A stretch of 64,000 nucleotides of DNA from positions 39,930,001 through 39,994,000 of the forward strand of contig OZ249436.1 of assembly GCA_965235115.1 (NCBI GenBank), read 5' to 3'. Positions within the stretch are counted from its first letter, which is position 1, and every line of letters starts with the position of its first letter. Both the position numbers and the translations under genes were made by a program. Below are positions 27,325-40,719 of this stretch, one piece after another. The notes under the pieces were generated by a model that was given only the letters and a program-made list of their open reading frames with translations, searched no databases and was not told the DNA's origin. Source of the DNA: Laetmonice hystrix (lineage: Eukaryota).

Positions 27325-27996
27325 ATGAGAGCGACGATCAGGCCAATCTTAGCGGGTCAAGTGCTAACCCTTGCCGGGACGGTCATGCCATTCAATCCAC
27401 GAGGTAGCTTGACGATGTGCGCAAACGGAAGCCTTCCAGTCGGCTATCGTACGCCCGTGTTTGGGACAGATCACGTCATGCTGGAGTACAGCAACGGGAG
27501 CGTACACAAGGGTTACCCGAGCGTGACGCACGGGTGGGCGACGACAGGAGAACCAACACATCGTCCGCCGCGAGAACTGTCCTTCAACGGCGACAGCCTG
27601 ATATCGGTGATTACTTACTCGGCCCTGTTCGTGGTGGCAGCCGTCGGTAACCTGACTGTGTTCACGATACTTTTTCGAAACCGGCGTCGACGGTCCCGCG
27701 TCAACTTGTTCATAATGCACCTATCAGTGGCGGACATGATCGTAACGTTTGTCATGGTGCCCTTGGAGATCGGCTGGCACGTCACAGTTGGGTGGCGCGC
27801 GGGGGATGCTGCCTGTCGCGCCTTCATGTTTTGTCGTGTTTTCGGCTTCTATCTTTCCTCCTTCATATTAATCACTATATCGTTCGATCGTTACTTCGCC
27901 ATCATGCACCCTCTCAGTCTCAGTGACGCCGACAGGAGGGGCAGACTCATGCTTGCCTTGGCTTGGCTTTTTTCCATCGTCGCTAGTATTCCACAG
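27325..27996 (+). CDS. GnRHR: First coding exon of a class A GPCR of the GnRH/AKH/ACP receptor family (N-terminus to end of TM4)
   Basis: Translation shows TM1 (SALFVVAAVGNLTV), TM2 (FIMHLSVADMIVTF), IGWHVTVGWRAGDAACR, TM3 with DRY (ISFDRYFAIMHPL), TM4 AW...SIPQ and N-terminal NGS sequons. It ends at CCA CAG|GTTAGT, a phase-0 donor at 27997, matching the known intron position after TM4 'PQ' in this receptor family. The true start ATG and the exact subfamily are uncertain; the symbol is family-level only. Confidence 0.92.
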
Positions 27997-28216
27997 GTTA
28001 GTAAAAACTTCCCCTCTTTTTTCTCTTCACCTAGGTATATTCCCCGGAAAAATTACATTGCTGTGTTTTCTATAATCTTCAAGGAATAGGGGGAAACCGA
28101 GGTAATTTAATCAGTTTAATAGCTACTCATTTGACCTTTTAGTTCTGGAAGCAGACTGCCAATAGGGTGAAGATCATCCTTGGCGACTTTGCAGGACTCT
28201 CGGGAAGCAGAGGTAA

Positions 28217-28716
28217 AGCCTCAGTCACACCTGATCTTACGATTTCTGGATTGTGCGATTGGTGGCGAATTGGCCTCGGTATGACCAATCGGCAATGTTT
28301 GCTACGATCTCCATACGGTCGCATACTGCGATTGCCCTTAATAATTGGTGGTTGGTCATCATACGATTGGTGGTACGCGTGGTCGTGCGATCACCTGCGA
28401 TTGGAGAAGATCAATTACAAGATCAATCGTAGGTAATCGTGCCTCTCACTGCATCTGCGAACAGTCGCACGCTCTTTCTACGATTTGCCTGGGATTCCAA
28501 TATGTTCGATCGCAGCTAGGTCGTAACCTGGTCGCAGGACCGGTGTGACTGGGGCTGAACATGACCATCGACCTTGCTGCGACTGATTTTTCTCTGACGA
28601 TCACTCACGACCTCTGCGACCAGTCGCACGCTCTTTCTACGTTTGGCCTGCGATTCCAACATTTTTCGGTCGTAGCTGGGTCGTACCTGGTCGCAGGCCC
28701 AGTCTGACTGGGGCCT
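28217..28716. mobile_element. Harbinger-like MITE with duplicated right end
   Basis: GCCTCAGTCACAC versus GTGTGACTGGGGC (28555) and GTCTGACTGGGGCC (28715). Segment 28441-28555 is repeated at ~28610-28715. Confidence 0.65.
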
Positions 28717-29277
28717 TAGGTATGGTGCTAAAAAGACAAGCTGGTCATACTGATGCCGGATATTGGCTAGACTAAAAACACACCTAAACACAATCAATGC
28801 TCCAATCACAGTGGGAAGAGACGGGCCAAGGGTGCCCACTTTTCCTGCACACTCGTCCTGATTGCAGTAACCATGATTATAATTCACTTTAAGATACGTA
28901 CTTGAATTGCTTCATGTTAAAATGTCAATAAATTTTACAATGCAATTGCAAATCTAGGGAATCTACATAGTGAGACTTTATCTGGTTGAATGACGCACTC
29001 GCATGATTTATGCCTTGGAATCAATATTTGCAATTTAGCAGCAAACTGTCACATATTCTTGCTGAATCTTTATTAGCCCCTCATAACTTATCAAAACGGT
29101 ACACAGCAATTGCATGTCGACCGATGATGGATAGCCTTAGGAGTGGTACAGAACTTAAGAAAAAGATAGAAACTTCACCAGACTGCTTTCATCTGGCTGG
29201 CACTCGGAAACCAACATGACCATCGTGGATGCAGATGGTCCGGTGCTGAGCCTGTAATGGTCGTTGTAAATATCATC

Positions 29278-31470
29278 TGTAGCACCCTCAAATGTAAAAA
29301 GTTCGCTAAATGTAAAAACGCCGTCACATGTAACAAATATTTACGACAAATGTGAAAAGTAAAAACTACCTTCCGTCAAATGTATAAATAAAATTATGCT
29401 AGATGTGAAAAAAATATTTTACTGCATAGACTATCTGGGAAACTTTTACCTCCCGGAAAATATGAATGTATAGGCCAAGACAGATCTGTCCCGTAAAAAT
29501 CTAGACTTCATCCAGCTCCACATTATGCGTAGTTCTCATTTTCACGGTTTCGGCCCCGGATTGCTACAGTTTTGAACCGTGGTCAACCCGGCGTGATTTG
29601 GCCACGGTGCGGTGGCACTAGGGTATGGCTACGGCGCCTACGGAAGATCTCAGGAAGGGCTAAGGGGTGGATAAGTAAATATAAAGGATGCGCCAAGGAT
29701 TATCATCGTTATGTGCTGGTTTTCCTACGGTTATGCTACGGCACCACCGGAAGCACGACAGACAAGCCACGGTTGCCCTACGCTGAAGCAGGCCTCACAC
29801 GGGGGCGGTTTCAAAGGCGGTCCAGCACGGTTTTGAACCGTGCTGCGACCCTATGGCATCGACAAGACACCTTGAGGGTGTTCGCCATTGACCGCCATTG
29901 ACTGCCACGTCATTTTTGAAACCGCGGAATTTTCAAACTGTTTGAAAATTTCACGGCGGTTCTCAAAACCGTGCATCACCGACTTGCTGCCTCGTTGCTA
30001 CCTTGTTGTCACCTTTCACAACCCTTCAGAACTGTGGAAGTAGGTGGAAACAAGGTGACAACTAGGTGTCTGGTAGGTCACAACACGGTTCAGAGGGAGT
30101 TGTGTTGCGGCTCACTACGGCTGAAGCACGGTTGACAAATGTATGGCGGTAATGTGTGGTGGTTACACGGTTTAGGGAGGTGGTTACACGGTGATGATGC
30201 GGAAAAGCGCGGTAATCTTGACATTCATTGAGCGCGGACAACCGCATCACCACCTTCTACACACCGTGTTTTAACCTAAGAATTTGGGTCCCACCGCCGT
30301 CATTTTGGGCGGTTCACCACGGTTTTTAACCGTGCTAAACCGCCTTCAAAACCGCCCCCATGTGAGGCCTGCTTTATCCCCCTCTTACCCAGCCTATTCC
30401 CTTATAGCGCATAACATTTCAAGTTCCAAACAGCTTAGCATGTCCTATGACAAAATATGACAGATACAGGACCTGGTTTTGATAGGGCTGTTCTGTCATC
30501 GGTTGTTACCCACGGCCAATCATGCAGTACCTTTTCGGACTTAGACAATTTTCGACCACTTCGGGAATAGGACAGGTAAGTGGGGGATTCAGGTATTTGG
30601 CCTGCCATAGCGTTGTGAAAACAGTAGCCCTTCCGTAGCATAACCGTAGCGTGTCCGGAACATAACTGTAGGCACCGAGACAACCGTAGCATGTCCGTGG
30701 AAAGTGTGTGTGTGTGTGGGGGGGAGCAAATGAGTGACGAGGGCGCGAAGTATAGATGGGGGGTGGCTCCCCGGAAATTTTTGAAATTTCAGGTTATTTT
30801 GGGGACCTATAGTGCATTTTAGAACACAAAATAAGGTATGTGGCAGGGACGTTTAGGTAATCGTTTGAGTAAAAAGTGTGTGTGTGTGTGTGGGGGGGGG
30901 GACAAAAGATACTCTGGCCCCCACATTTCAAAATGATATAAACCGTGGGCTTCCGGCACACCGAACCGCCAAAGTGAGAACCGCGCATAAGGAACTTAGT
31001 GGGAGGATTGCAACGACACTGCGCAGAGACGTTTAAGGCCGCCGCAGATGACGAACATGTTCGCAAAATTTTGTTTACGAAAAAAAATCCGCTCAGACAA
31101 TTATTGTTCGCGAACAAACATTCGTCGGTATTCGACATGCATTTGTTCGGAAATATTAAACATGTCGAATAACGACGAACACTGTTGTTCGCGAACAATT
31201 GTTCGGCGTTTTGATCACCGCACACGAGCGGATTTTCGTTCGTGAACAAAATGTTCGCGAACACGTTGCTCTCAACCGTATTGGTTGCCGGTTTGTAATA
31301 AAACTATTACTACTATATCTCTAGCCATAACTTACCCCAAATCCCTCAAAGAATGGGGTGGTTTTTGTTTTACATTTGACGTACGTTTTCACATTTATCG
31401 TAAATATTTGTTACATAATTATGACGGCGTTTTTACATTGAGCGGAATTTTTACATTTGTGGGTGCCCCA
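29278..31470. mobile_element. Outer long-TIR element hosting several nested MITEs
   Basis: GCACCCTCAAATGTAAAAA..AATGTAAAAACGCCGTCA is inverted at TGACGGCGTTTTTACATT..TTTTTACATTTGTGGGTGC. Confidence 0.7.
29787..30373. mobile_element. Harbinger-like MITE nested inside another MITE
   Basis: ~55-bp TIR AGCAGGCCTCACACGGGGGCGGTTT / AAACCGCCCCCATGTGAGGCCTGCT, with TGA/TTA flanks. Confidence 0.8.
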
Positions 31471-31547
31471 ATCGCTTCCTCTCCCGCCAGTCTGGTGCAC
31501 ACCTGCCAGTCTGGTGCACACCTATGCCTCGGTAATCAGATGATGGT

Positions 31548-32030
31548 TGCCGCCGCACACGGCGAACATTTGTTCCCGAACAAAAATCCCCTCGTGTGCG
31601 GTGATCAAAACGCCGAACAAACAATTGTTCGTCGGTATTCAACATGTTTAATATTTCCGAACAAATGTTCGTCGTCTGCGGTAAACCACGAATTTCTGTT
31701 AAACATCTGCATGTCGAATACCGACGAACAATTGTTCGCGAACAATAATTGAGCGGATTTTTGTTCGTGAACAAATGTTCGCGAATATGTTCGTCGTGTG
31801 CGGCGGCCTTTATAAGGCCGCCGCAGACGACGAACATTTGTTCACGAACAAAAATCCGCTCGTGTGCGGCGATCAAAACGCCGAACAAACAATTGTTCGT
31901 CAGTATTCAACACGTTCAATTTTTCCGAACAAATGTTCGTCGTCTGTGGTAAACCACGAATTTCTGTTAAACATCTGCATATCGAATACCTGTTCGCGAA
32001 CATTAATTGTCCGAGCAGATTTTTGTTCGT
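31548..32030. mobile_element. Two head-to-tail copies of the GGCCGCCGCAGAC MITE
   Basis: Junction CGGCGGCCTTTATAAGGCCGCCG at 31801-31823. Both copies are reversed relative to the 19231 copy. Confidence 0.8.
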
Positions 32031-33108
32031 GTGCTCAGGTGCTTAAAATGTCTGTGTTATCACAAGTCCTATATCTTGCATGGTGTATAGCCGCTGGATA
32101 TATTCAAAGATCTACACATCTGCACTGTCAGTACGACCAGGCAGTGTTAAAAGCCTCCGTGCACTGCTGTAACGGTAAAAATTGCATCATTATTTTAATA
32201 AAACTGGCTGTGATTTTTGCTAAGACCCCTTGAAACGGCGATAAATGTATGCAGAGGACGCCAAACGGATGTGTTTGTCTCCTTCAAACCAACAGACACT
32301 TTAGACCATTAACGCTATGCAGACATGTATGTGGACGTTTCGGAGGCCCGTTTATCGATTGGAATGAGGTTGGCACAGCAGGAGTCACCCTCTGGCTACA
32401 TAGACATTGTGGCTGCGACTCGAAGTTCCATATGAGTCTTTACCTTTTTCAACCACTTCTATTGTCTGTCACTATTCTCGGGTGGAAACAATGGAAAGTG
32501 AGGGAAGGACAGCAGGTGGCACATTTTATTTCGAAGTTACAACAATGGAAATATTGGGAATTCTCATAAAAGAGCTCGACAGATTCCATGTTGAAATTTT
32601 ACCATCGACTGCTACTTTAGTGACCATACAAATTACGAAAGATTTTTAAAATCAAAATGTCTAATTGTCTAAGCCTTTAGGCCTATTATAGGCCTAAAGA
32701 CTGGTCTATATCGCGTATTTGGCACTGTAATTTTATTTTTTTAGGGGAAGGCCCCCAGACCCCCCCCCCCCATCATGGCTTCGCATGGGGGACACCCCCT
32801 TTACCATATTCCTGGATCCGCCCCTGACTGCCCCCACACTCAGAAATTTCTAGCTACGGCCCTGTTGATGTGTGCATATATATGCCACTTTTATTTGACT
32901 GTTTAGGCTACTCACTGGGGGTGGGGGTTGAGAAAGTGCCCCTTTTCCATAGCACCCCCCGTCTTGAAAATCTGGGATCTGCCCCCGGTCTACGATACAA
33001 TACCCCAAGATATGGCAGGATGTTTTATCGTATCGTATCGTAGAGAAAATCGCACCGTGTGAGGCCAGTGTGAATCTACTCCTCAATGATTGTGGAGTTG
33101 CTCGTTAA

Positions 33109-34148
33109 TGCTCCTGTCACACCTTGCCGGATAGCATAAACGGATCATCTCCGGTTGCATGCGTTTCTTGTCCGTTTCTTGTCCGCCAAATGCGTTCCTT
33201 GTCAGGCGAGTTCCGTTCAATCCGGAGAAACGCGGCCTCGAGTGCAACGGAGACGACTTTCACCACCGGATGGTCGCACGTCGGATTAAAGCGGTGTTTC
33301 CATTAACGCGGCTGCGGTCCGGCTGCGGTCCGGGCACGGGTACGGCTGATATCGCACGTCGTTGTTTTTAATGTAGGTGTTTCCATTAATGCGATCTCCG
33401 TACGGGGCCCTTCCGGGCGTCGCATGCGGCTGTTCCCGATCGCGTCATGGAGCGATTCGAGCACAGCCGCAGATGAGCCGCATGAGGGATCCCCTTGATC
33501 CCAGGTGGTCACGTGCATGTTGTTCACTCAAAAAATGGATGGCACCATGCCTCAATTTGTCAGCAAGCAAGATATCCAAAAACTTAACGAAAAACTTATC
33601 GATTCGGCAGGTGTATGGCCTATGACCTTATACCAACAACATTGAGACGCAGCCGGGACGCACCTTTAAAAACAACGACGTGTCTTATCAGCCGTACCCG
33701 TGCCCGCACCGCAGCCGGGCCGCAGCCGCGTTAATGGAAACACCGCTTTGCGTGTTTCCATTAACGCGGCTGCGGCCCGGCTGCGGTGCGGGCACGGGTA
33801 GACACGCCGTTGTTTTTAAAGGTGCGTCCCGGCTGCGTCTCAATGTTGTTGGTATAAGGTCATAAGCCATACACCTGCCGAATCGATAAGTTTTTCGATA
33901 CGTTTTTCGATATCTTGCTTGCTGACCACGTGAGGCATGGTGTCATCCATTTTTTGAGTGAAGAACATGCACGTGACCACCTAGGATCAAGGGGATCCCT
34001 CATGCGGCTCATCTGCGGCTGTGCTCGAATCGCTCCATGACGCGATCGGGAAGAGCCGCATGCGACGTCCGGACGGGCGCCGGACGGAGATCGCGTTAAT
34101 GGAAACACCGCTTGATCATGCTGTCCGCGGCAAGGTGTGACAGGGCCA
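33109..34148. mobile_element. Harbinger-like MITE (TAA TSD) containing a nested inverted pair of another MITE
   Basis: TIR GCTCCTGTCACACCTTGCCG / CGGCAAGGTGTGACAGGGC. Inner GCGGTGTTTCCATTAACGCG elements span 33290-34112. Confidence 0.75.
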
Positions 34149-34974
34149 TAAAGGGCGAGTCTGAACACGCCTTCGTGGAGGTGGTGTTCAGGTGGTTAAG
34201 ACATGAAGCTCACGACCTCTGTATAAGCATTATCGATTGTCGCCGGGTAGGTAGACGTATAAATAACGTGACAGGACAGCGGATGTCGGTGACCTTGCTT
34301 CCGACCACTCGCACAACTCGTCATCCCTGTGGCAGTCCCCATGATCTCTGATTGCATCCGGTCACCCAGGTGATCGATCTTTAACCTCGGGTAAAGGAAC
34401 AGCCAAATGGCAGCATGAGGCTGGCCAAAATATTTGATTATGGCAGATAATGAAATCATGGGTGTAGAATCCCGGGGACTGTCTTTCAGATTGATGTATG
34501 TTACATTAAGGGAGAACCCCCTTAAATAATGAATAGGTTTAATTATATCAGAATTGCATCACACCGATAAGATCAATCGATTTTTAATGCCAAATTCATC
34601 ATGGTTATAACAAATCTTCCTTATAAAGCGAGGTTCGCCTTGCTAATTCGAGCACGAGGGGCTATGTCAACTCGAGCCTACTGCCCACTTGTTTAATTAA
34701 TTAGTTTGTCCGCACTCAGTCAGTTCAGTCGAACGACACTGACGCCAATTAAATGACGTGTTCCTTGAGATTAATGAGGATGAAATCACGGTCTGTAGAT
34801 GTGGTCTACGGAGAGCCAATCCGGGGACAACCACCGCGGGCGAAATCTCCGCGGGAGAACAATAACTGCGGAGGCAATCACCGCGGAGGACAATTATCCC
34901 TGGGGACAACCGCCCCGGAGACAACTGCTCCTTAGGACATTCACCACGTTGGACAATAAATAGAAGAGTATTTA

Positions 34975-37710
34975 AGCCCCCGTCACACGTTCTCGGATCG
35001 CGCGACGGGTTGGAATGATCCGTAGCGCAAGGCGATCCGGCAGGTTCGGACCTGGAAAGGCGATGATGCGTGAAACTCCGTATCCAGAACGGGTTGATAA
35101 GGGTTGACACGGCTCCAGTAGGGGTTACTACACTTACGGGTTGTGAATGATTGTTACGGATAGCTTCCCGGGTTTACTCCGTATAGGTACGGATAACTTA
35201 CGGATAGCTACGGCTTACTATGGCTCACTACGGCTCCCTTACGGGTTGATGCGGTTCCACTACGGCTTACTACGGGCTGTTACGTATCTCCGACGGGTTA
35301 TTACGGTTTGAACAGGTTGGGATGCTGGCTAATATATAGGCAAGCGTCACCACGTGACCCACGCGTTGGCCACTTCGATTCATTGCAACCCGTAGCAGGC
35401 CATACCAACCCGTCACAACCCGTACCACCCGTAGCACGCCGTATCAACCCGTAACAAGCCGTAGTGGATACGTACAAATACTTTGTGTGATCCGTTCCTA
35501 TACGAACCAATACTTACTTATTTAATACGTACCAACCCGGGAAGGATACCTAACAACCCGTACACAGAAAAAAATGCCAGGGTAGAAAGTTAGTCAGAAT
35601 CACTGGCTTTCTAAGTTTAACTTAGTCAAACGTCGGTGTCTTTTTGTCCGAACTTTCTAAGGGGTGGTTGACTGGGCATTAGTCAGATTCTTAGTCAGTT
35701 TGACTAAGTCTTCGACTTTTCCCACCTCCGATTACAACCTCTCAAATACGGTGCAGGGCGGCTATGATGACAACTGGCTGATACTGAGTGCACCAATAGG
35801 CCTACGGGGGTAAAATTTTAATGACGCAAAAGGAGGCTACAACATGATCGACAAATGGAAGAAATTACATATATCTCACAAGGTTTTTTAATGCACATGT
35901 ACAATAAGTCCACGAGGAATTTTGAAGGCACAGCACAAAGACAGAGTACTAAGTGACCTGACGGAAATATGTCAACCAACAGAAATAGAGGAGATAACAC
36001 ACACACACCTCGCAGCACAAACTGACCGCCAAACCCTACTCAAAATCGTACCCACAGTTCACGCATCTACCACCAAGGCGAACGTCCCTCTAATCTTAAC
36101 CTTTATAATCCTATTGCTCACAAAACTGCAAAAAAAAATAAGTTGTCTATTAATGCCAACTCCAATGTAAACATGAATTCATACATAGTTAAACGCCAAC
36201 TCCCAATGTCAATTGAACCCATTGGAATTTGGGCGCACGTTGGAGTGCGATCGCGTGTGTCTCCATGCAAGCACTGCATAAGGCCCCTTTATTCCAGTTT
36301 ATGAAGGTATGTTTATGCTGGTCCTAGCTTTAGGCCTAAATTAGTAAATGTAGGCCTAACTGGTGTGGAAGGTTTAATGCTGGATATTCACTAACGTTAG
36401 TCTATAGCGGGGTCCAGTGACATCAAGTGGGGGTCCAGTGACTTTATGATGAAAAATGCACCACATATCACCAAATTACATCTTAAATTTCAAAACTTTC
36501 CTGGGGGGTTGCCCCCGGACCCCCCAACAGCCTTTCGGAGTTTCGCGCTCACAGAGCCCCCCTCTGCAGCAGTGCATAAATTTTAAGACCTTATTTTATG
36601 ATCCAAAATGCACTCGATATCACCAAATTACACCTTAAATAAGAAAATCTTCGCAGGGGGGCATGCGCCGGACCACCTAGCAGGGCTTCGCGCTTACAAC
36701 GCTTGCACAGTGGCGTAGGAAAAGGGGGGCGGGGGGCCATGGCCCCCCAATGAAAAAGTTGGGGGGGGGCAGAGTAGGCTATGTTTTGGCGCCCCCAATA
36801 TTAAGGTTGTGGACCAATTAATATGGTGTATAGGCCTACAGTTGTGTACACGTATGTACATATAGGCATATGCGCACACTAATACTGACAAACTTGGCCC
36901 CCCCCCCCCTCCCAACTGCGAATAGCTTCCTACGCCTCTGTTGCACACTTCGCGCCTTCAGCGCTCGGTTCAGTATCAGATGAGCCCCCCCCCCCCACAC
37001 ACACACATTTTGTCATCTTCCTACGCCACTGATGTGTATATGATCTGCAAAACTTTAGGGGGATTTAAACGCCCTGACACCCCCCCCCCCCCCCCGGGTT
37101 AGGGCTAGCAACATTATTCGTTACTGGGTTATCTCCCGGTAGGTCTCCCAAACAGGCCTAGTCTATACTATAGCCACCATGCATGCTTGGACGATAATCG
37201 GGGATCGAAAGATTGTACGATGAAACTTTGAAACAAAATACATCAGTGGGACCTCTTAATGTACAGTCTTTTAAACTTTCAGTGAATTGCGATATTCTAA
37301 GTATATTTACGAAGAGCTTATTATAGATATAGTTACCTTGACGTGCGGGTTTAGATCTATTGACTGGAAAATGTAGTCGGCCCTTCGCTGTTGGCTGCAC
37401 TGTCTAAAAATGCGCGAAATTCGACCGAGGCTTAGCCATATTGCCTATAGACTATTTACTAAGTATTAGAAACTTAGTCAAATGTGACTAACCCCCCATT
37501 TGACTAAGAATCTACCCCTACTTGACTACCTTTCTATCTTGGCATTTTTTTCTGTGTAGTGGATCCGTCACCGATCACGTGATCAGGGCTTACTATGGAA
37601 GTGCTAAGTGTCATACCGTATCGCTCCGTAGCGCTAGTGTGAGAGCACAAAAGTTGCTACGTATCGTCTACGGGTTACTACGGGTCATCTACGGCCTGTT
37701 GTGACAAGTT
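34975..37710. mobile_element. Harbinger-like MITE (CCCGTCACA end) split by the CAC element
   Basis: Starts AGCCCCCGTCACAC after TTA. TACGG/CCGTA repeats continue on both sides of the insertion. The right end (TGTGAC) is degenerate. Confidence 0.55.
35563..37556. mobile_element. Non-autonomous CAC-ended (EnSpm/CMC-like) element with TA TSD, nested in a Harbinger-like MITE
   Basis: CACAGAAAAAAATGCCAGGGTAGAAAG / CTTTCTATCTTGGCATTTTTTTCTGTG flanked by TA, with subterminal TTAGTCA repeats. The flanks rejoin the ACGGG/CCCGT-rich element at ~34975-37710. Confidence 0.8.
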
Positions 37711-38443
37711 TTGTCAGTCATACCTGCCGCAAGGTCGATGGTTTCCGTCGGTTTCTCCACCAGTAAACCTGACCGCCTTGATGCGATCCGTTGCGAAGGC
37801 GTAAACCCCAATCCAAGTATCTGCCAGGCTTGAAGAGTTGCTTCCTCTTAAACGTAGGATAAACCGTCTAGCCCCAAGTAGAATATAGCCCCCAAGACTG
37901 AGATGAAGGTATTTAGTGGCAGAAGGTGCATGCACAATTTACAGCTGCAGCAACGACCAAAGATGCTACTAAACGCGTCGCGAAAACGTTGTTTCCGGTA
38001 AATGGAATTATGAGAACCTTCGCGTTTCAGCGTCACATTAAAAAGTTAGGATTGCGATCGCTGCGTGAAATGATCGAATCCTCGGAGTAAGTTCCTATTC
38101 ATTTTTCGTGATATGTAAATCTGATATTAAACGATAATGATGATCTGATTATCTCAAATATCGCCTCGCGAAACGGCGAGCTATGTCACCTGACGTTTCA
38201 CGCGACGTTAAAACACACAATCCTGTGAAACCTTTACGTCAAAACGCATTATTTTCATTATAGGAGAGGAAGAGGATTTTTACATAACCGCCTCATTGAA
38301 CCTACAATGGAGATTTAACGGCACAAAGTATAAAAAATTCCCAAAATAACCTCACTATGTATTATCAGGAGCTTGAGATTTTTGTGGGGTTTAAATATTC
38401 AACGTCAAAGTTTGACAAGTATTTTTTAACCCCCGCACTATTT

Positions 38444-38654
38444 AGTGCTGCACCCACCAAGGCGATTCCCCTTGCGACGGCCATGCGGTTTTTGATTTAA
38501 TGGTGGAATTTCACTCTGAAATTTTTCCTGGCTGGCCTTCTCCGTTTCAGGAAATGGGTTCCATCCTTTAATCTCAAAATTACAGTAAAATAAAAGGGCG
38601 ATGTCAAAATCGCATGGGCGTCGCAAGGGGAATCACCTTGGTGGGTTCAGCACT
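38444..38654. mobile_element. MITE with ~45-bp TIR
   Basis: AGTGCTGCACCCACCAAGGCGATTCCCCTTGCGACG is inverted at CGTCGCAAGGGGAATCACCTTGGTGGGTTCAGCACT. Confidence 0.8.
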
Positions 38655-39625
38655 TTATGCAAAAGCGGATACGAAACAAGGACTCTTACATTATTGATGA
38701 AGTAATGACAGACACTGTGAGAGAGGCGACGGCCAATTTCCCCTGCGACATTTCAAGAGACGAGGACAACAATCAGTATCCCTCACAGGGTGTATCGGCT
38801 GTTCTTATTTGCCCTTCTTAGCGGTTCCGATCTTTTCCAGTTTGCAAGACCGCAATTCCCACTTGTTTAGGTGCTCCCATACAACTCATAAGAGAAGGAT
38901 AAGACGTGCTCAGGCAGGCCAGTATGAACCTGTGGTTCTAGGAACGAGGTAATTTTCATACTAATCTCAAAATGACGGACAGGCGACCTCTGTTCCCGAA
39001 AAGTTTAATTCTTAAAGAGAAGAAAACTGAAAAACTTAGAAACTTTCTGACACGATTGGCCTGAGGTGTACTTCGAATTAAGGAACCTGTTTTTTCCCTT
39101 GACAGGAAGTAATCAGTTTTGACAATCTCTTAACGATGTCCGCACGTTTCTTCCGAACCCTATTTTTCGTTGGGCCTGGATAACCGTGATTGGTCGTCCC
39201 CAGGGTCCAGTGAGCTTCAGTGAGTCTACTGTCACCGAATTTAATCAACCCTCGATACTGAATTTAAAACAAACGAACGAACAACTTTGTCATACTCAAG
39301 ACCTTCCCCACGCGAAGGTTTGCCGATACGTTTTTTCTGTTTATCGTATCTTTTTTTTTTAACTGAGCGAGGGTAACACCATCATTATTATTGACTGCAG
39401 CCGAATGATATAGAGACGTTCTCAGTTACTGTATAGCTGTCAGACATCAGTGAATGTGATGACTGGATATGACTATTCTCGAAAAGACCGGGGAGCGACA
39501 GGAGTTACTGGATCTTAAAGCTTCACCGTTTTAAAAACCTGTAAAATCAGCTTAGTATCACATAAAAAACTCGGATAAACTGATGTGAGACCAACCACAT
39601 GTAATGTGAGAACGCTCAGCTATGG

Positions 39626-39848
39626 AATACCGGCGACGACATGCGAGATGCGAGACGACATGGAACCGAACAGTGTCAATTTAGCACATAGAATGTTTCT
39701 TATTGACACCGACATCAAGATCCACTGCTCAATTAGTGCCTATTTAAGAATAATTTTGGGGCTAAAGTGAAAACTAACACTAACCCTAGACCTAACCTTT
39801 ACCCTAACCCAAACACATGCACTATCTCGCATGTCGTCGCCGGTATTC
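39626..39848. mobile_element. MITE with 24-bp TIR and internal CTAACC repeats
   Basis: AATACCGGCGACGACATGCGAGAT / ATCTCGCATGTCGTCGCCGGTATT. Confidence 0.75.
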
Positions 39849-40470
39849 AGCTGACTCGGCTGCGATGTAACGCTCCATGTTAGAACCGTTTCGCCCTTTG
39901 GGATAACCGGTCAACAGGGGAATTCCCTTATGCACGCGCAGATGATCTACTTCCGCTATCATTTTCTTCTTTTTAGCTGATTCTGTTGGATACATCGATT
40001 TTTGTCGGTTTAAAGCCCGTTTGCTCGGAGGCATATTTGCAAAGCAAGCGTATATATGTTCAAATATGCTAGAGAGATACGGGAAGTTAGCATGGGATTG
40101 GACTATTATGGGATGTTGTTCGACGTCATTTGCAGCGCCACTTTCGGAGAGAGGAGGCAAATTCAAACCCCTTCTATTATCATTGTTATAGCTTCGGCCC
40201 GAATCTTAGTTAAGAAAGATCATCATACTGCAGTGCTGCAGTGTGTCTTCACATATATGTTAATAGGTCGCTATCGCTGACAGATAAGTGTTAATATTTC
40301 CGAAGTTACGTGCGGTGTACTTTTAACTGACGTCATGCATACATGGCTTCTGATTTGCTGCTCTGCTCGCTCTGTAGCCGAGGCCTCCCGGCCAGTCAGA
40401 GCCCTGGACGCAAAGCAAATTTAGCTATTATGATGTATCGGAAGGTTCCTGTTGGCATCAAAGTAATTAA

Positions 40471-40656
40471 GCCCGTGTTCCACTAAGCCGATTTTCTTAA
40501 CTTCTAAAATTATTGGTAATTTGTGTCATCAAATCATTAAAGGACATTTAATTTATAAAGATTAGATATATATTTTTCGTCGGCCGCAAATATCAGATAC
40601 ATTTTGTCGTCAATCGGATAGCCGATCGGATGTAAATCGGCTTAGTGGAGCAGGGT
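40471..40656. mobile_element. Short MITE
   Basis: TCCACTAAGCCGATTT / AAATCGGCTTAGTGGA. Confidence 0.65.
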
Positions 40657-40719
40657 AATATAGTATCATTATTAATGATCCGATCTTCTTGACGTAGGCT
40701 ACGTCTGACTCAGAGGTCA

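Noticed and set aside
27997..28089. C-terminal 30 aa of the listed 254-aa GPCR ORF
   Set aside because: Read-through into the intron after the GT donor; no TM5 similarity.
30794..32233. Several 145-156 aa ORFs
   Set aside because: They come from palindromic MITE copies; the same peptides recur on both strands.
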